From a virus, in the IMG/VR virus record IMGVR_UViG_3300017917_003852, positions 1 to 64,000 of that record: DNA of 64,000 nt. One strand, given 5' to 3'. Positions 18,116 to 29,723 of this stretch are shown piece by piece. Every line of letters begins with the position of its first letter. Position 1 is the stretch's first letter. The translations under genes and the position numbers were made by a program. The notes below the pieces were generated by a model. That model was not told the origin of the DNA. It did not search any database and saw only the letters and a program-made list of their open reading frames with translations.

Positions 18116-18535
18116 TCATCCGGCATTCTCCGCTTCAATTGATTCAATTGCTTGGGCAAGATCCGCCCATTTACGTCCTTGGCTATAGATCCAATGGCCG
18201 TCGGTCCAAAGATAAAAGTATTCCGAATCGCTATACCACTGTAGAAACTCTTCGCGGCTATTAAACACCCGCATTTCAACACCGTCTTCGCCGCGATCGC
18301 GTCCGTAATACTTGCACCACCCTTCGGTTTCTTTGTTGTTAAATTCGTGCTTTTCACCGATCTCTGGACCTAGCGAACTAAGATCGCCGTGTGACAGTAG
18401 TTGAAAAATCTTGTCAGTCGTTTGATAATTCTTGTACAGAATTTCTCCGTTATGTTCAATATAGCCGTCCCAGTGACAATAAATTGCCAGGATCTTGCCG
18501 TCTTTTTCCATACCAATTGCTGAACGAGTTGCCAT
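18116..18535 (-). CDS. hypothetical phage protein (YCHWDGY family)
   Basis: MATRSAIG...IYCHWDGY. Confidence 0.7.
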   Translation of the reverse strand: MATRSAIGMEKDGKILAIYCHWDGYIEHNGEILYKNYQTTDKIFQLLSHGDLSSLGPEIGEKHEFNNKETEGWCKYYGRDRGEDGVEMRVFNSREEFLQWYSDSEYFYLWTDGHWIYSQGRKWADLAQAIESIEAENAG

Positions 18536-19204
18536 TAGTTATCCTTTACGGGGTTGATTAATACATTAAGACGATCTGCACAACGACGAACGTCTTCGCT
18601 AAGTTGGCCTCGACCAATCGTTTCTTCAATTAATCGAGCAACATTGTGAAGTTCAATTACTGCTTCATGTAATTTTTCGTTCATTTTTTGCTTTCGGAAA
18701 TTTAGCACACCAGATACAACGAGTTGAGCTTACATCATAAAAGTAAAGTCCGGTATCAGGATATTGGGTACCGCAGCCCGAACACTTGTATGTTAGCATT
18801 TCTACCTCATTTTGGTCAATAGGTCCGTTAAGAGATTCTTGCTGTTTTGGACCAAGTTCGCCAGTAACTGGTTGCGGTTGCATTAGTTATAACCTACCAA
18901 ATGGTCCTCGGGCTCGAGCATATCAGCTTCGAGTACAGCATCGTGATAGTTAGTAGCATTTAAAAGAATTACTTGACCTTCGGCAAAGCAAGCCATATAG
19001 TTGCCGGTTGCTGAATCTTGTTCTACGTTAATAAGAAAGTTAGTCATTCTGCAATCTCCGTGTCGTGATAGAAAAATGCTGCATTAAGATTAGTTTCAAG
19101 TACATCAGCCCGTGGCCTATATTCTTCAACTAGAATGGTAGCCAATTGTTGAAGACTAGCATTAGACAGCATAGCGATTTCGTTAGCAAGAAGTTCAATT
19201 TTGG

Positions 19205-19372
19205 TCATAGCTCATCCAAGTTAATATCACCAAGTTCTTTGGGTTTGGCTTGAGGCTTGCCCCATGCACTTGCACCTGCGTCTGGGCTACTCTTACCAGC
19301 TGGAATTTGTTGAATCTCACCGCCGTTAGCAAGAAACTCTGCAATGGCCTTTTCGTATTCTTCTTTAGTCAA
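19205..19372 (-). CDS. SutA-like RNA-polymerase-binding small protein
   Basis: EKAIAEFLANGGEIQQIP resembles the SutA EFLxRGGxV motif; TTG start. Confidence 0.5.
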   Translation of the reverse strand: MTKEEYEKAIAEFLANGGEIQQIPAGKSSPDAGASAWGKPQAKPKELGDINLDEL

Positions 19373-19824
19373 TTATGCTCTCCCATAAAAGTCTGCGTCA
19401 AGATCGGCTGCGTTATTTGCATATTCCTGCGGATCTTCGTCAAAGTCGGATTCTAGAATTTCTAGAACTTGTTTTACACTAAGACCTACTGTGTCGGCGA
19501 TAGCCTGCAAGGGCATGCCTTGGAAATCCATTTCGCGGATTTCAATTTCAAGATCCTTAAAGTATCCCATAATTAACCCCAATCTTTCTTGTCACCGTAC
19601 TGTTCGTTATAGTCATAGCCTGCCATATAAGCTTCGTACTCAGCAGAGCCTTCTACAAGAACGACTTTCTCACTTTGGTAAGTGCCACCTACAAAATAAT
19701 GCGGGCTACGCGGACGGTGGTAATAACTATCGGCACTACCACGATCAAAAGCACCACCGTGGCGTGTATCAAACTTGGTTGTATCTACAGTCATCATTTT
19801 CTCCTTGTTATTCACTATACTGCT

Positions 19825-19853
19825 ATTATAGCAAAATGGGTCTTTTTGGTCAA
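19825..19853 (-). promoter_or_regulatory. sigma70-like early promoter, near-identical to 23825-23853
   Basis: TTGACC-N17-TATAAT; the two copies differ at one base over 29 bp. Confidence 0.8.
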
Positions 19854-20134
19854 TCACCAGAATCAATTTGATAGCGATCGTTGCAATTTTCGCAAGTATA
19901 TTCAGTTAAGCAACGACCAACTTTTTTACTAGAATAGCGATGCCGGCACGGATCTCCGTCTTTATTAAGCGGCACTTCGCCAGTTGGGCGACCGAACATG
20001 TATTGCCCGCCGCAGTTAGTACATTGGAAAGTATCTGTTTCTCGGTCATAGCCTGCTATGACATTTTTGTATTTGGCATCCCCGGCTGGGACACGGCCCG
20101 AACCGTTGCAAACTGGACAAGTACCTTTAAGCAT
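19850..20134 (-). CDS. zinc-finger protein (DnaJ-like CxxCxGxG)
   Basis: CPVCNGSG, CTNCGG, CENC. Confidence 0.6.
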   Translation of the reverse strand: MLKGTCPVCNGSGRVPAGDAKYKNVIAGYDRETDTFQCTNCGGQYMFGRPTGEVPLNKDGDPCRHRYSSKKVGRCLTEYTCENCNDRYQIDSGD

Positions 20135-20228
20135 CAAAACTCCTTAACATTCACTATACCAATATTATAGCAAAATACGGAATTTTGGGCAACCAAAATA
20201 AAATGTTGCAAAAAAGCAACAAAAGTTG

Positions 20229-20627
20229 CTAAACATACAACCCTAATTTACGCAACTCTACTACAAAAGCAGGACGCAAATGGGGCTCTACTTCTAGCAC
20301 ATCTTTGCCGCCCATGTCTAATCGATCGGCAATATCTTTGGCTTCTTTAAGACCAAGGCGCCTACGGTCGTGCGCCCGTATGCATTTAATAACTGCAACT
20401 TTGTTTTGGATAGGGTTTAAGAAAGGATTCTTTACATGGACCTTATCAGTTTGGTACTTACCAGTTAGCATGGCCATAAACACTTCGCCTTTAAGATCAG
20501 GATCAATGGTATCCGCAATAGCAGTCCAAAGTTCCTGACCTTTTTCTGGCCCGTAGATCTCAGCAACGGTTTGCATGTATGCAATGCTAGCGTCAATGAG
20601 CTCTTCCTTGTGTTTTTCTGGTATCAT
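20229..20627 (-). CDS. protein with ribosomal L7/L12 C-terminal-like domain
   Basis: KVAVIKCIR...LGLKEAKD. Confidence 0.6.
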   Translation of the reverse strand: MIPEKHKEELIDASIAYMQTVAEIYGPEKGQELWTAIADTIDPDLKGEVFMAMLTGKYQTDKVHVKNPFLNPIQNKVAVIKCIRAHDRRRLGLKEAKDIADRLDMGGKDVLEVEPHLRPAFVVELRKLGLYV

Positions 20628-21273
20628 TAGAAATCCAATGTAAATCGACCGGCTGCAATATCTAATAGTATTGCATAACGACTACGAGTACGATAATCGG
20701 TTTTAGGCAGATCGTACTCGTAGCTGTCGGCATAATGCACCTTTCTGACCTTGGTCTTCAAACTTGTAACTTCCCATCTGTTCCAACCATTATCCTCAAA
20801 GTTGTATGAGCCAATAACAGTTTTCAGTTTAAATCTTCGATCAAGATCGTGTTTGGTATCTGCACCAATTGGAATGCAGTTAAAACTACGAACAATTTCC
20901 ATGTTGGCTAGCTTTTTTTGTTTGGCTTGCTCACGCTCAATTTTGCCGCCAATGGCCACAAGGTCGCGACCACTTAGACCCATGAGCTGGGCGTAAGCAA
21001 CAAACTGCTCTAACTGTTCTTTTTTATCGTCACTGAATCTTTTTAGATCAAAACTCATGATAATTCCTATAACCTTTTCGCTTGCTTTGTACAGCAATTT
21101 GTTCGAAGTTGGCCCAATCGCAATATGCGTATTCGTTCATATTGGATCTTCCCAACATAATTTCCCATAGGTATCGTTTGTTGTTTTTGGTGACACGAGC
21201 CTTGGCGCTAGATTCTAATTTATACCAGCCCACTGCTTCTTTTTGTTTCACATTATAAACAACAAAACCCATA

Positions 21274-21681
21274 TTATATACTCACCTCAAATTTAAAATC
21301 GTCAGGGTCATCCACAAGTTGTGATTCCTTAACCTCAGTCCAACGACCATCTATCCTAATTTCTAATTTAATCTTTGTTAGTTCGTTAGCCACAGCACGA
21401 TCAATTTGATCCATCATTCCTGTTTTTTTGAGGACTTCAAGTCGGTGCCATTTTTTGAACGTTTCCGTTTCACACATTTTGACAAAGGCGTCTCGTTTGT
21501 TTTCCAATTGGTTACGACTAGCTTCACTATAACCTCTGGCCCCTGAGGCCCTGTGCCGACAATGAACTGCGCTGCTAGTCTTATTTCGCTTCTGCCCACC
21601 TGCACCGGTTCCTTTGGTGTATGACCAATCACAGTCGTCCTTTGTTACGCTAAACAATAATTGTCTTTTACCGTTTTCCAT
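21274..21681 (-). CDS. class I release-factor GGQ-domain protein (ArfB/PrfH-like peptidyl-tRNA hydrolase)
   Basis: GTGAGGQKRNKTSSAV...H..SG...SRNQLENK; too short to hold stop-codon recognition domains. Confidence 0.85.
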   Translation of the reverse strand: MENGKRQLLFSVTKDDCDWSYTKGTGAGGQKRNKTSSAVHCRHRASGARGYSEASRNQLENKRDAFVKMCETETFKKWHRLEVLKKTGMMDQIDRAVANELTKIKLEIRIDGRWTEVKESQLVDDPDDFKFEVSI

Positions 21682-22565
21682 TATACCCACCTTAATGCAA
21701 ACTCAATTGCATCACGCTCGTTAATAAACTGCCACACAACTTGATAGTCGAACTGATCACAGAAATTTCGGTTAATAATACGATCACGCCACCCACACCG
21801 ACTGGCTTTTACGCCATGCTTTTCTTTTAACCAGTCCCACATTTCTACATAATGGTACCAATCTCGTGCAATGGTTGCGATACTGTACCGCCACAGTTTT
21901 CGATCTCGTCTTCGTTGTCGGCTGTTCATGCCCACCTCAATAAAAATGAGGTTAAATCTTGTTCAGTCTTATACACAATACCAGTGGCATAAACTTCGTA
22001 GTTGCCATTTTCATCGCACCAATCTTGCATTGGATCAATTTGAGCCCAGGAGAGCCAGTCATTAAATCCAATATGGTTATAGCGACGATCAATAGTAAAT
22101 TTACTCATGCCCATCTCAATGCAAACATTGTAGCATCATCTTGATTTTTGAACAACCACGAAGACTTACCAAACGCGGTAATTAACGCCCATTGTTTGTC
22201 TTTGTTTGAAGTATATAATCCACCTTCGCCCAATTGCCTGACACACCAAACTATCATATCCTCAACTTCATGATAGCGATCTCGTTCAAAATGTACCTGA
22301 AATGGATGCGTATGATCAACGCTCATTACGCCCACTTTAATTGGAATAATACAGCATCTTGTTCGTGTTTAAAATACCATTCGGTTTGTTCCTTTGGGCC
22401 ATCCAAAAATCCTAGTATATCAATACCTAGCTTGTACCATGCTTCGCCAAAAGGGCCTATGTTTTCTTCGCACCACTCCTGTGCCAATGGCCACTCTGGA
22501 TTGTTAATTATGATGTGGTACCGCCACTCTGGATCCATCATGTCTGTTTTTTTAACAAGTCCCAA
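21681..22565 (-). repeat. array 1 of small F-x-L-R/K-W-terminated paralogous CDSs (4 genes)
   Basis: ORFs ending at 21681, 21926, 22105, 22326 finish EFALRWV, SFLLRWA, MFALRWA, LFQLKWA. Confidence 0.8.
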
Positions 22566-24248
22566 GCTAATCCATCCCAGGGTTCAAACTCAACATCTAT
22601 CCACCCAGGGTGGTGCCGCGGTTTTATTTCCCACCACTCATTTTTGGTATCACGATAAACTGTACGGAACTTGGAGCCATAGTATGATTGAACATATTTT
22701 ATTACCCGCTCGGCATTGTTTGTAATGCTCATAAACGGGCCGCCGAGGTCTTCTAAGAACACTATACCGTGTTCTCGGTCTATGGACAAGACATGCAGTT
22801 GTGTTCTCATTATTCAATTCCAAAATGTTCTGACAGCCATTGCCTTGCTTGAAAACGTGCTATCAATTGATTCTCACCCGGATCTAAAACATTCATACAT
22901 TCTCGTACAATCAACTCAGCGAATTTTTCGTTGTCAAAATGAAGTTGTCCTTCCGGACGCTCGTTCCAGCATTGTTCAGCAAGTAGTTTAATTCTTTCGT
23001 TCATTTTGAAAGTACCTTTGCAAGATAACTATGGATCTGATCCATTTCTTCCTGTTCAACATAAAAATCGGTCTGTGGATCCCAATACTGTCCGGCTTTA
23101 GGATCATAGTATAGCACACGACCATCAGCATAAAAGAAAGGACCTTCCAGGCCTTCTCGCGGTTGCCAACGATTGTCACGCTCACCAAGAACAGCATATC
23201 CCATGATTATTCCTCTACAATTTGAGTTTGACGCATATATAGAACAAAGGCAAAAAATACACTGCCTACAATATCAAGCCCATTGTACCTTAGGGCTTGA
23301 TAACATTCACTATAGGTTGCAATACGAGTCATTATTCCACCTCAAATTCTTTATACTTGCGCCATTCCCACTCAGTGGGCTCGACTTCCTCAGACCATAC
23401 CAGTGCCTTTGCTTCGTCGTCAAACACTCTCTCAACATAGTCCCAGAATTCAACACCATTAGTGCAACTTGTAAAACCGATATACACTTTCATCACATTG
23501 ACCAATACGATTCAGAAGAAGGCGAGCAGTAGTACGGAGTATCATAACGCTCTTGGAACTTCTGGCCCGACAGCAGGTTGTCGCGAGTCACATAAGTTTC
23601 AAATACCTTTGCAACGAATCCAGCCATTTCAAAATCACGCTGGACGGTAAGGATGTGAGCCTTGGTAGTAGGTGCAAAGTCAATTACTTTTTGGAAACGC
23701 AGACCCACTCGGTTACGACCATAACGCTCGTCTTTTTTAATACGACGATCGGCTTTGTACAGTTCAACAGTATAAGCGGTAAGCTTGGACATTTGGTACG
23801 CTCCTAATTAATTACTATAAACATATTATAGCAAAATGGGTCTTTTTGGACAACCGTTTTATTTGTTGCAATTTTAGCAACAAAGTATTAGTTGCTTATT
23901 CAGCAACAGTTAGCATATTAGCAGGAACATTCCAAGTGGTAAAACCTTCGCGTACCTTGACATTTTTAATGTTAATTTTAACAACCGCACCTTGGTGGGT
24001 ACGTCCAGTTTTGGGGTGTGTGAATTTAACAACATCACCAAGCATAAGCGAACGTCTTGCATCTTTAGTAACTTGGGCACGGCGATATTTAATAGCCGAT
24101 GCGATGCTATTCAGCTGTTCGTTAGTAAAGTTACCAAACATAATTGCTGAATTAACATCCTGAATAGAAAGTTGCGACATCATTAACTCCTAGTTAGTTA
24201 CAGTTCTAAGAGTATAACAAAATGGGCAATTTAGGTCAAGTGTTGTTT

Positions 24249-24614
24249 TTATGCAACATGAAAGATAGGATATACTGCATCACTGCCAGGCATGCCGTTC
24301 CATACGGTGCGTACAATAAGAATTTTATGTTGTTCGTGTAGCAGTTGCACGCCTAGTGCTATATGATTGGTATTGTCATACAACCAAAAGTGCTGTCCTG
24401 CACCTAGTAGGCGTATTTTGGCTTTGGCTCGAGGAATTTTTGGAATAACTTCTTGAATTACAAAATCATCAACTTTGCGTTCGTGTGCTTGATCTAGTAA
24501 ATGTTCGTCCAAGAATAAGGTATAGTCGCCAACATCTAGCCTCCCCACTACTTCAGGTCTGCGGCTAAAATATCTTACGGCTGTTTGTTTATTATCAAAT
24601 TCATGAGAACGCAT
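24249..24614 (-). CDS. MRxxEF-tagged protein, possible RelE/DUF4258-like ribonuclease fold
   Basis: MRSHEF start; H..DQAHER and C-terminal IVRTVW. Confidence 0.4.
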   Translation of the reverse strand: MRSHEFDNKQTAVRYFSRRPEVVGRLDVGDYTLFLDEHLLDQAHERKVDDFVIQEVIPKIPRAKAKIRLLGAGQHFWLYDNTNHIALGVQLLHEQHKILIVRTVWNGMPGSDAVYPIFHVA

Positions 24615-24617
24615 CAA

Positions 24618-25517
24618 CTATTTAGTTTTGTATTCTTCAAGAATTTGTTCAAGATCTTCTTGAGTTACTGTAGGAAAAACAATGTTGTAGAAATGCCATA
24701 TTTTTTTTAGAAAAATTTTGTTAAACCCATGATGAAATTCTGTATCGTATGAATTAATTAAAATATTATTTTTCTTTTCTGTATCTTTAACTAATTTGTC
24801 CAGTAGCAATTTAAAATTCTGTTCTTCAAATTTTAACCTACGTAATGCATGCATTATAAAAGATGTTCGAAAATGTAAAACATCTAATTCATTGATTTTA
24901 GCTTTTTTTATAAAATTAGTGAAATGTGCTAGATGCTTAGATTCTTCTTTAATAAATTCTTTAAAAATTTGTTTTTTAATTGGATTTTTAGTATATCTAT
25001 AAAACGACATAAATGAAGTAATCAAATAACTTTCCCCAGTTACTATGTCAGCTAGAAAACCAAATAAAGTTCCGCGATCCCAATTGCTAAGTTCCGACCT
25101 AACAAGTTCTTGACAGGTTGGATTATAATAGTCAGGTTGATAATTACCGGGCTTTTCTTCCATTTTGTCAATGATAGCCCCAAATAATTCTCGGTGCCGT
25201 AATTCGTCGCTAATAATTACTTCAAAATTTTCTTTAAAAGATTGTAAGTCGGTAGGAGATAAGTGCTTATAATAATGATCTAACTCTCCGTTGTTTAATC
25301 TTTCTAAAATAGAATCATAAAAAATCGAAGCAGTACTTTCTCCATTAAAACAAAAAATTAACCAACTATTGTAACATGATTTCTCGAATAGTTTTGAGAC
25401 AGTTGCTGAACTGAGACTATTAATCCCAGGAAATAAGTTCTCATGTAATTCAAAAGGATCTTCGGCAGGAAACTCGCATTGATCTATTAGACCAAAAACA
25501 CATTCAGTATTAGACAT
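24618..25517 (-). CDS. ferritin-like di-iron protein
   Basis: paired DELRH and EESKH (ExxH) motifs. Confidence 0.65.
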   Translation of the reverse strand: MSNTECVFGLIDQCEFPAEDPFELHENLFPGINSLSSATVSKLFEKSCYNSWLIFCFNGESTASIFYDSILERLNNGELDHYYKHLSPTDLQSFKENFEVIISDELRHRELFGAIIDKMEEKPGNYQPDYYNPTCQELVRSELSNWDRGTLFGFLADIVTGESYLITSFMSFYRYTKNPIKKQIFKEFIKEESKHLAHFTNFIKKAKINELDVLHFRTSFIMHALRRLKFEEQNFKLLLDKLVKDTEKKNNILINSYDTEFHHGFNKIFLKKIWHFYNIVFPTVTQEDLEQILEEYKTK

Positions 25518-25525
25518 GTAATTAC

Positions 25526-25729
25526 TTATTTTTTAGAGCGACCGCTCTTCATATTTGCACACCAATGATACATTTTGGCTCGCTCACCACTGGCATTTTT
25601 AGCACGTTGGCGTAAATCAGTAACGGATCCCGAACAACTAGCACCAGCACGTTTAACGCGACCAGGACGGCTCTTACCTTTGATCTTACCATCGGCAAAG
25701 TTTTCTGTAATAAACTCGTATGCTCTCAT
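25526..25729 (-). CDS. small basic MRxxEF-tagged phage protein
   Basis: MRAYEFITENFADGK..GKSRPGRVKR. Confidence 0.75.
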   Translation of the reverse strand: MRAYEFITENFADGKIKGKSRPGRVKRAGASCSGSVTDLRQRAKNASGERAKMYHWCANMKSGRSKK

Positions 25730-26811
25730 GAGCGTAACCACAATACAAAGGGATCATTTACTACAATAGTTCCATCAGCTCTCTGCATATAATTTCCACC
25801 GTGTAAATCTATTGCGAATCCTTGATCCCTACCAAACTTTGCAACTGTATGAACAGTATCTAATAAATTTTTAGTATTCACTGGCCCACCTAGATATTTA
25901 ATAACTTTCTTTACGGTGTATGGATCAATTGTGCGTTTAACTTCGTTGTAATATTCTCTGCGAGCCAGATCTTTAAGAGCTTGATTAAAGTCGCCATTGG
26001 CCATATGATCTATTGCTAGATCTATATAACCGACTAAATGCTTTACTTGATCTGGTAATTCTTTTAAAGGTTCCATTCTAGCTTGAATGTAATTCTTACC
26101 ACCAAATTGAAAACTTTCAAATCCTGAAAATTTTGGTAAATGCGGATTATCTGTGTTTGCATTACAGTAATCAATCCAATTTATGAACATACGCTGGTCG
26201 GGACTAAAATCTTTATGACCTTTACGATAGCCAAATATGATCAATACTTGTCCAGTACCTGGCTCTAAGTATGCTTGTTTGTCGATGCCACTACCTAAGT
26301 ATTTGTAACCTTTATCCATTAATACTTTACGAACACCGCCGTGTATTTCTCCGGCCATTTCATCAATCGTATTCCATGCACCCGTAGATTTATCTAATAC
26401 CTCAGCATCACCAGTGCGTCCTGCGGTCCAACGTGGTAATTTTTCTTGTGGAATTCTAACTTGTGCATTAGTTGGAATATCCTTCCAAGGGCGCCCAAAA
26501 TAACCTTCAGCGTCTCCTTGGCTCCAATATTTTGTATCTGTGTCCCAAGTAGTTTTTCCAGGATTAGGATTTTTTTCAAAATAACCTGATTTTTTAGCTG
26601 CCGCTAACTCTTCTGGACTCATGTTTCTATATACATGAGTTACATCGTCGGGACTTCCAGGTACTCGACCGCCGAACATTCCGCCCTTGGGTTGATCAAT
26701 ATAATTTTTTACCTTAGGGGCCTGACCCGCTGCATAATCAACAGCATCCTTACCTAGTTTCCATAACCAGGACCGTAGTCCGCCTTCATCTAAAAAATCA
26801 TCTGCTCTCAT
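25726..26811 (-). CDS. tagged two-domain protein: possible ADP-ribosyltransferase-like domain plus kinase-like domain
   Basis: MRADDFLDE; HVYRNMSPEE; YLGSGIDK, DLHGGNYMQR, NDP. Confidence 0.55.
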   Translation of the reverse strand: MRADDFLDEGGLRSWLWKLGKDAVDYAAGQAPKVKNYIDQPKGGMFGGRVPGSPDDVTHVYRNMSPEELAAAKKSGYFEKNPNPGKTTWDTDTKYWSQGDAEGYFGRPWKDIPTNAQVRIPQEKLPRWTAGRTGDAEVLDKSTGAWNTIDEMAGEIHGGVRKVLMDKGYKYLGSGIDKQAYLEPGTGQVLIIFGYRKGHKDFSPDQRMFINWIDYCNANTDNPHLPKFSGFESFQFGGKNYIQARMEPLKELPDQVKHLVGYIDLAIDHMANGDFNQALKDLARREYYNEVKRTIDPYTVKKVIKYLGGPVNTKNLLDTVHTVAKFGRDQGFAIDLHGGNYMQRADGTIVVNDPFVLWLRS

Positions 26812-29723
26812 CTTGCTGGCACAATCGTAAATGGACCGCGATCTCTAACATCGCGAGGTGCAGTAGTGGTCATCCACTGTCTTGCATATTGGTTAGCGTC
26901 GCCTTGGTTTGTGGTGTTAATAAACGAATACACTTCTTGATCGTTACGATCTAATATTAACCAACGTGCATTACCCGGTGGCAAGCTACCTGTACCTTGT
27001 GCTTGATTTACCGGCTCAGCTTCGATGTTTCTAATGTAATAACCATTGGCGTCTAATTGCCTACGCACATAGTCCATAGCAGCATTGGAATTCGCTGCTG
27101 ACACAGTTACATTAGTAGTTCTACCATCTGTTCCAGTGTAAGTTACACGATATCGTTCTTGCCCAACACTACCAGCTGGAACCGGTTCTCCTGTTGTTGC
27201 TGGTATTGCACGTTGTCTTGCAAGTTCTGCACTGCTACCGGGAATACCTCTACCCTCTATACGACGCCAACCATAAGTTTCTGTATCATCATCTATACCG
27301 CGTCCTGCTAACCAATCAGAATATTTTCTCGATGCTTCTTGATCTGTATTGGCAATAAATCTAAACACAGGACGATATGGTACTGTACTACGATCTACGA
27401 TTTCGTAATTAGCGTCAGAACTTTGTTCGCCACCAACCGCAGGGAAGTCACGCCCTGCACTAGCAGGTTGGCCACTAAGTAAGTATGCACGATTTTGTTC
27501 CATGTCGATGATACGAATATCTTCGCGAGGAATTCCGCGTCTATTCCTTATATTATCTGCTATAGTTTGAATATAAGTCCATGTGCCTTGCTGCCCAGGA
27601 AGTAATACTTCACCGTCGTAATTATTAATGATAGAATAAATTGCCGGACCTGGTCTATTGGTGCTGCCGGATTCTCTTGATCGCATCTGTGGGCGAACAT
27701 AAACAGGATCATCAAATCCTGTTTGCTCTTGCCATCTTGCAGCATGACGCTCGGCGTCGGCAACCAAATTACCAATACCACTTATAGTATGAACAACTTC
27801 ATTAGAGTTTCTACTTACTACTTCCCAAGTGCCGGTAAATTCTTGATCTTGGCTTCTTGGTGTTTGCTGTGTATGTCTTTCTACGCGAATGTCAGCAAAT
27901 GGCACATAGGAGAATCTACCTGGATGTTCCATAGTCGCTATTTGTCGTGCCGCATAGTCTGATGTGGCACGAACTACTACTCCGCGTTCTCTGTCGTGTT
28001 CAGGATAAACCAAATAGTCTCGTGCATTAGAATCTGGCTCATTCGCTTCAATTGACGCAATTTCTAATTCAGTAGCTGGTCGTTGAGGTACTGCACGCCA
28101 TCCTCGTGTAAATTCTTCCACGGATCGTCCTGCAATGTTCAGACTCCACTTTAATATAGCACGAGCTTTAGCTTGTTCGGGACTGGTAGCAATGACTTCG
28201 GTACCTTGGCTTTGGTAAGGCGAGTCTGGAGAACCAAACACCATCCAAACAAATGGTACATCTAAGTTTGCATCGCCTTGTTGTTTTCCAATTTGTCGCT
28301 TCTGCTGAATTTGTCGAACAAAACTCTTTAGTGCTTGCTTAGGCAATTCACCAGCTGCATATTTGGCAAAGTATTGAATACTATCATCTTCTTTGCCTTG
28401 TGTTAAAGTCTTATATAACTTTTTGTAATATTCTTGTTTATATTCTTCGGGCTTGGTAGCAACATCTAATGCCACCACAGCTCGCAATAGTGTGTTCTTA
28501 ACATTACCTATACTGCCGCTACCGCTCATCCAGTCTCCGCCCGGACCTCGGAATTCAATCCACTTGTCACGATTATTAATACTGGTAAATTTCTCTGTTG
28601 ATCCGGTGTGTAGTATTTTGCTGGCTAATTGATTAAGACCACCTTGGAACTGTCTCATCATTTCTTCAACACGATCTGGATTGTTTCGTGCTTGCAACAC
28701 AATTTTCTTTAGCGCAGATTTACAGTAAGTATTACCTTCACGACCAAATTGTTCAAGAACGTAATTGTCGCCTAAGAACATGGCCAACTTTACATAATCA
28801 AGATTCTGTTGATTAGGAACGCTAACATTCATATGTAAGCCGGTGCTGTCATTAGTATAAGCACCTACTCTATTAGCCCACTTTATCACCTTATCTATAT
28901 CCGACAGCATTTCGGGAACGGTCAATGGAGGACTAACGAACTCTAAGCCAGACTCACCATCGTCACCGTGTAAGCTACCATCAGGTTCTACTACATAATG
29001 CCCAGGTCGTCTTGTGGCACCATGATAGCTAGATGCAGAATTCACCGGACGATCTATTGCATTACTAAAATCATCAGCTATGTCATCGATGCTAGTTCCA
29101 CCGCCACCATAATAGTCTGGCTCGGTCCAATATGGCCATTCTAGATCATATTCGTTAGCAAAGCTTGACATATATTCTATGTCTTCCTCTTCTAGATATT
29201 CTACAAATCGATCGTCGGCTTCGTCATTAAATTCATCTAATAGCTGCTCGCGAATATCGTCTTCGTGTTCGTCGATGTATGCTCGAAGAGCGATTTCATA
29301 TTCTTCAGTGGTGTCGTAATCGCCTTCACTTACATATTCTGTGGCAATTTCCAGTGCTCGCTCATTCCCAGAGTCAGAATCCATCCACTCGTTGAACTTT
29401 TCATCCATCCAGCCCCAGAAGTTTTCATTGAGTTCATCAATTTTTCTTTGGATCACCCCGGTGCTGCTGCCCATCGAGCCGCCACGGAAGAAACTAATGA
29501 CATCTCTCGCCCACCCGGGTCCAGTAGGAAAACTCTCATCATACTCGTAGTCAGGTTCAGATTCAAACTCATCTTCTTCATCACCAAAATAATTCGGAAC
29601 AATCAATTCAAATTCCATGCCTACTCGAGCATCAATATTTGCTGCCATTTTTGTTAAATTAGTTGGGCTCATATTAAGCTCAAATAATTCATCTTCACTT
29701 AAATTAAATTCGCGATATCTCAT
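26808..29723 (-). CDS. putative amidoligase (COOH-NH2 ligase) with repeated C-terminal modules
   Basis: VGMEFE, EPDGSL, LEFVSPP, TGLHMNVS, IEFR. Confidence 0.75.
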   Translation of the reverse strand: MRYREFNLSEDELFELNMSPTNLTKMAANIDARVGMEFELIVPNYFGDEEDEFESEPDYEYDESFPTGPGWARDVISFFRGGSMGSSTGVIQRKIDELNENFWGWMDEKFNEWMDSDSGNERALEIATEYVSEGDYDTTEEYEIALRAYIDEHEDDIREQLLDEFNDEADDRFVEYLEEEDIEYMSSFANEYDLEWPYWTEPDYYGGGGTSIDDIADDFSNAIDRPVNSASSYHGATRRPGHYVVEPDGSLHGDDGESGLEFVSPPLTVPEMLSDIDKVIKWANRVGAYTNDSTGLHMNVSVPNQQNLDYVKLAMFLGDNYVLEQFGREGNTYCKSALKKIVLQARNNPDRVEEMMRQFQGGLNQLASKILHTGSTEKFTSINNRDKWIEFRGPGGDWMSGSGSIGNVKNTLLRAVVALDVATKPEEYKQEYYKKLYKTLTQGKEDDSIQYFAKYAAGELPKQALKSFVRQIQQKRQIGKQQGDANLDVPFVWMVFGSPDSPYQSQGTEVIATSPEQAKARAILKWSLNIAGRSVEEFTRGWRAVPQRPATELEIASIEANEPDSNARDYLVYPEHDRERGVVVRATSDYAARQIATMEHPGRFSYVPFADIRVERHTQQTPRSQDQEFTGTWEVVSRNSNEVVHTISGIGNLVADAERHAARWQEQTGFDDPVYVRPQMRSRESGSTNRPGPAIYSIINNYDGEVLLPGQQGTWTYIQTIADNIRNRRGIPREDIRIIDMEQNRAYLLSGQPASAGRDFPAVGGEQSSDANYEIVDRSTVPYRPVFRFIANTDQEASRKYSDWLAGRGIDDDTETYGWRRIEGRGIPGSSAELARQRAIPATTGEPVPAGSVGQERYRVTYTGTDGRTTNVTVSAANSNAAMDYVRRQLDANGYYIRNIEAEPVNQAQGTGSLPPGNARWLILDRNDQEVYSFINTTNQGDANQYARQWMTTTAPRDVRDRGPFTIVPAR

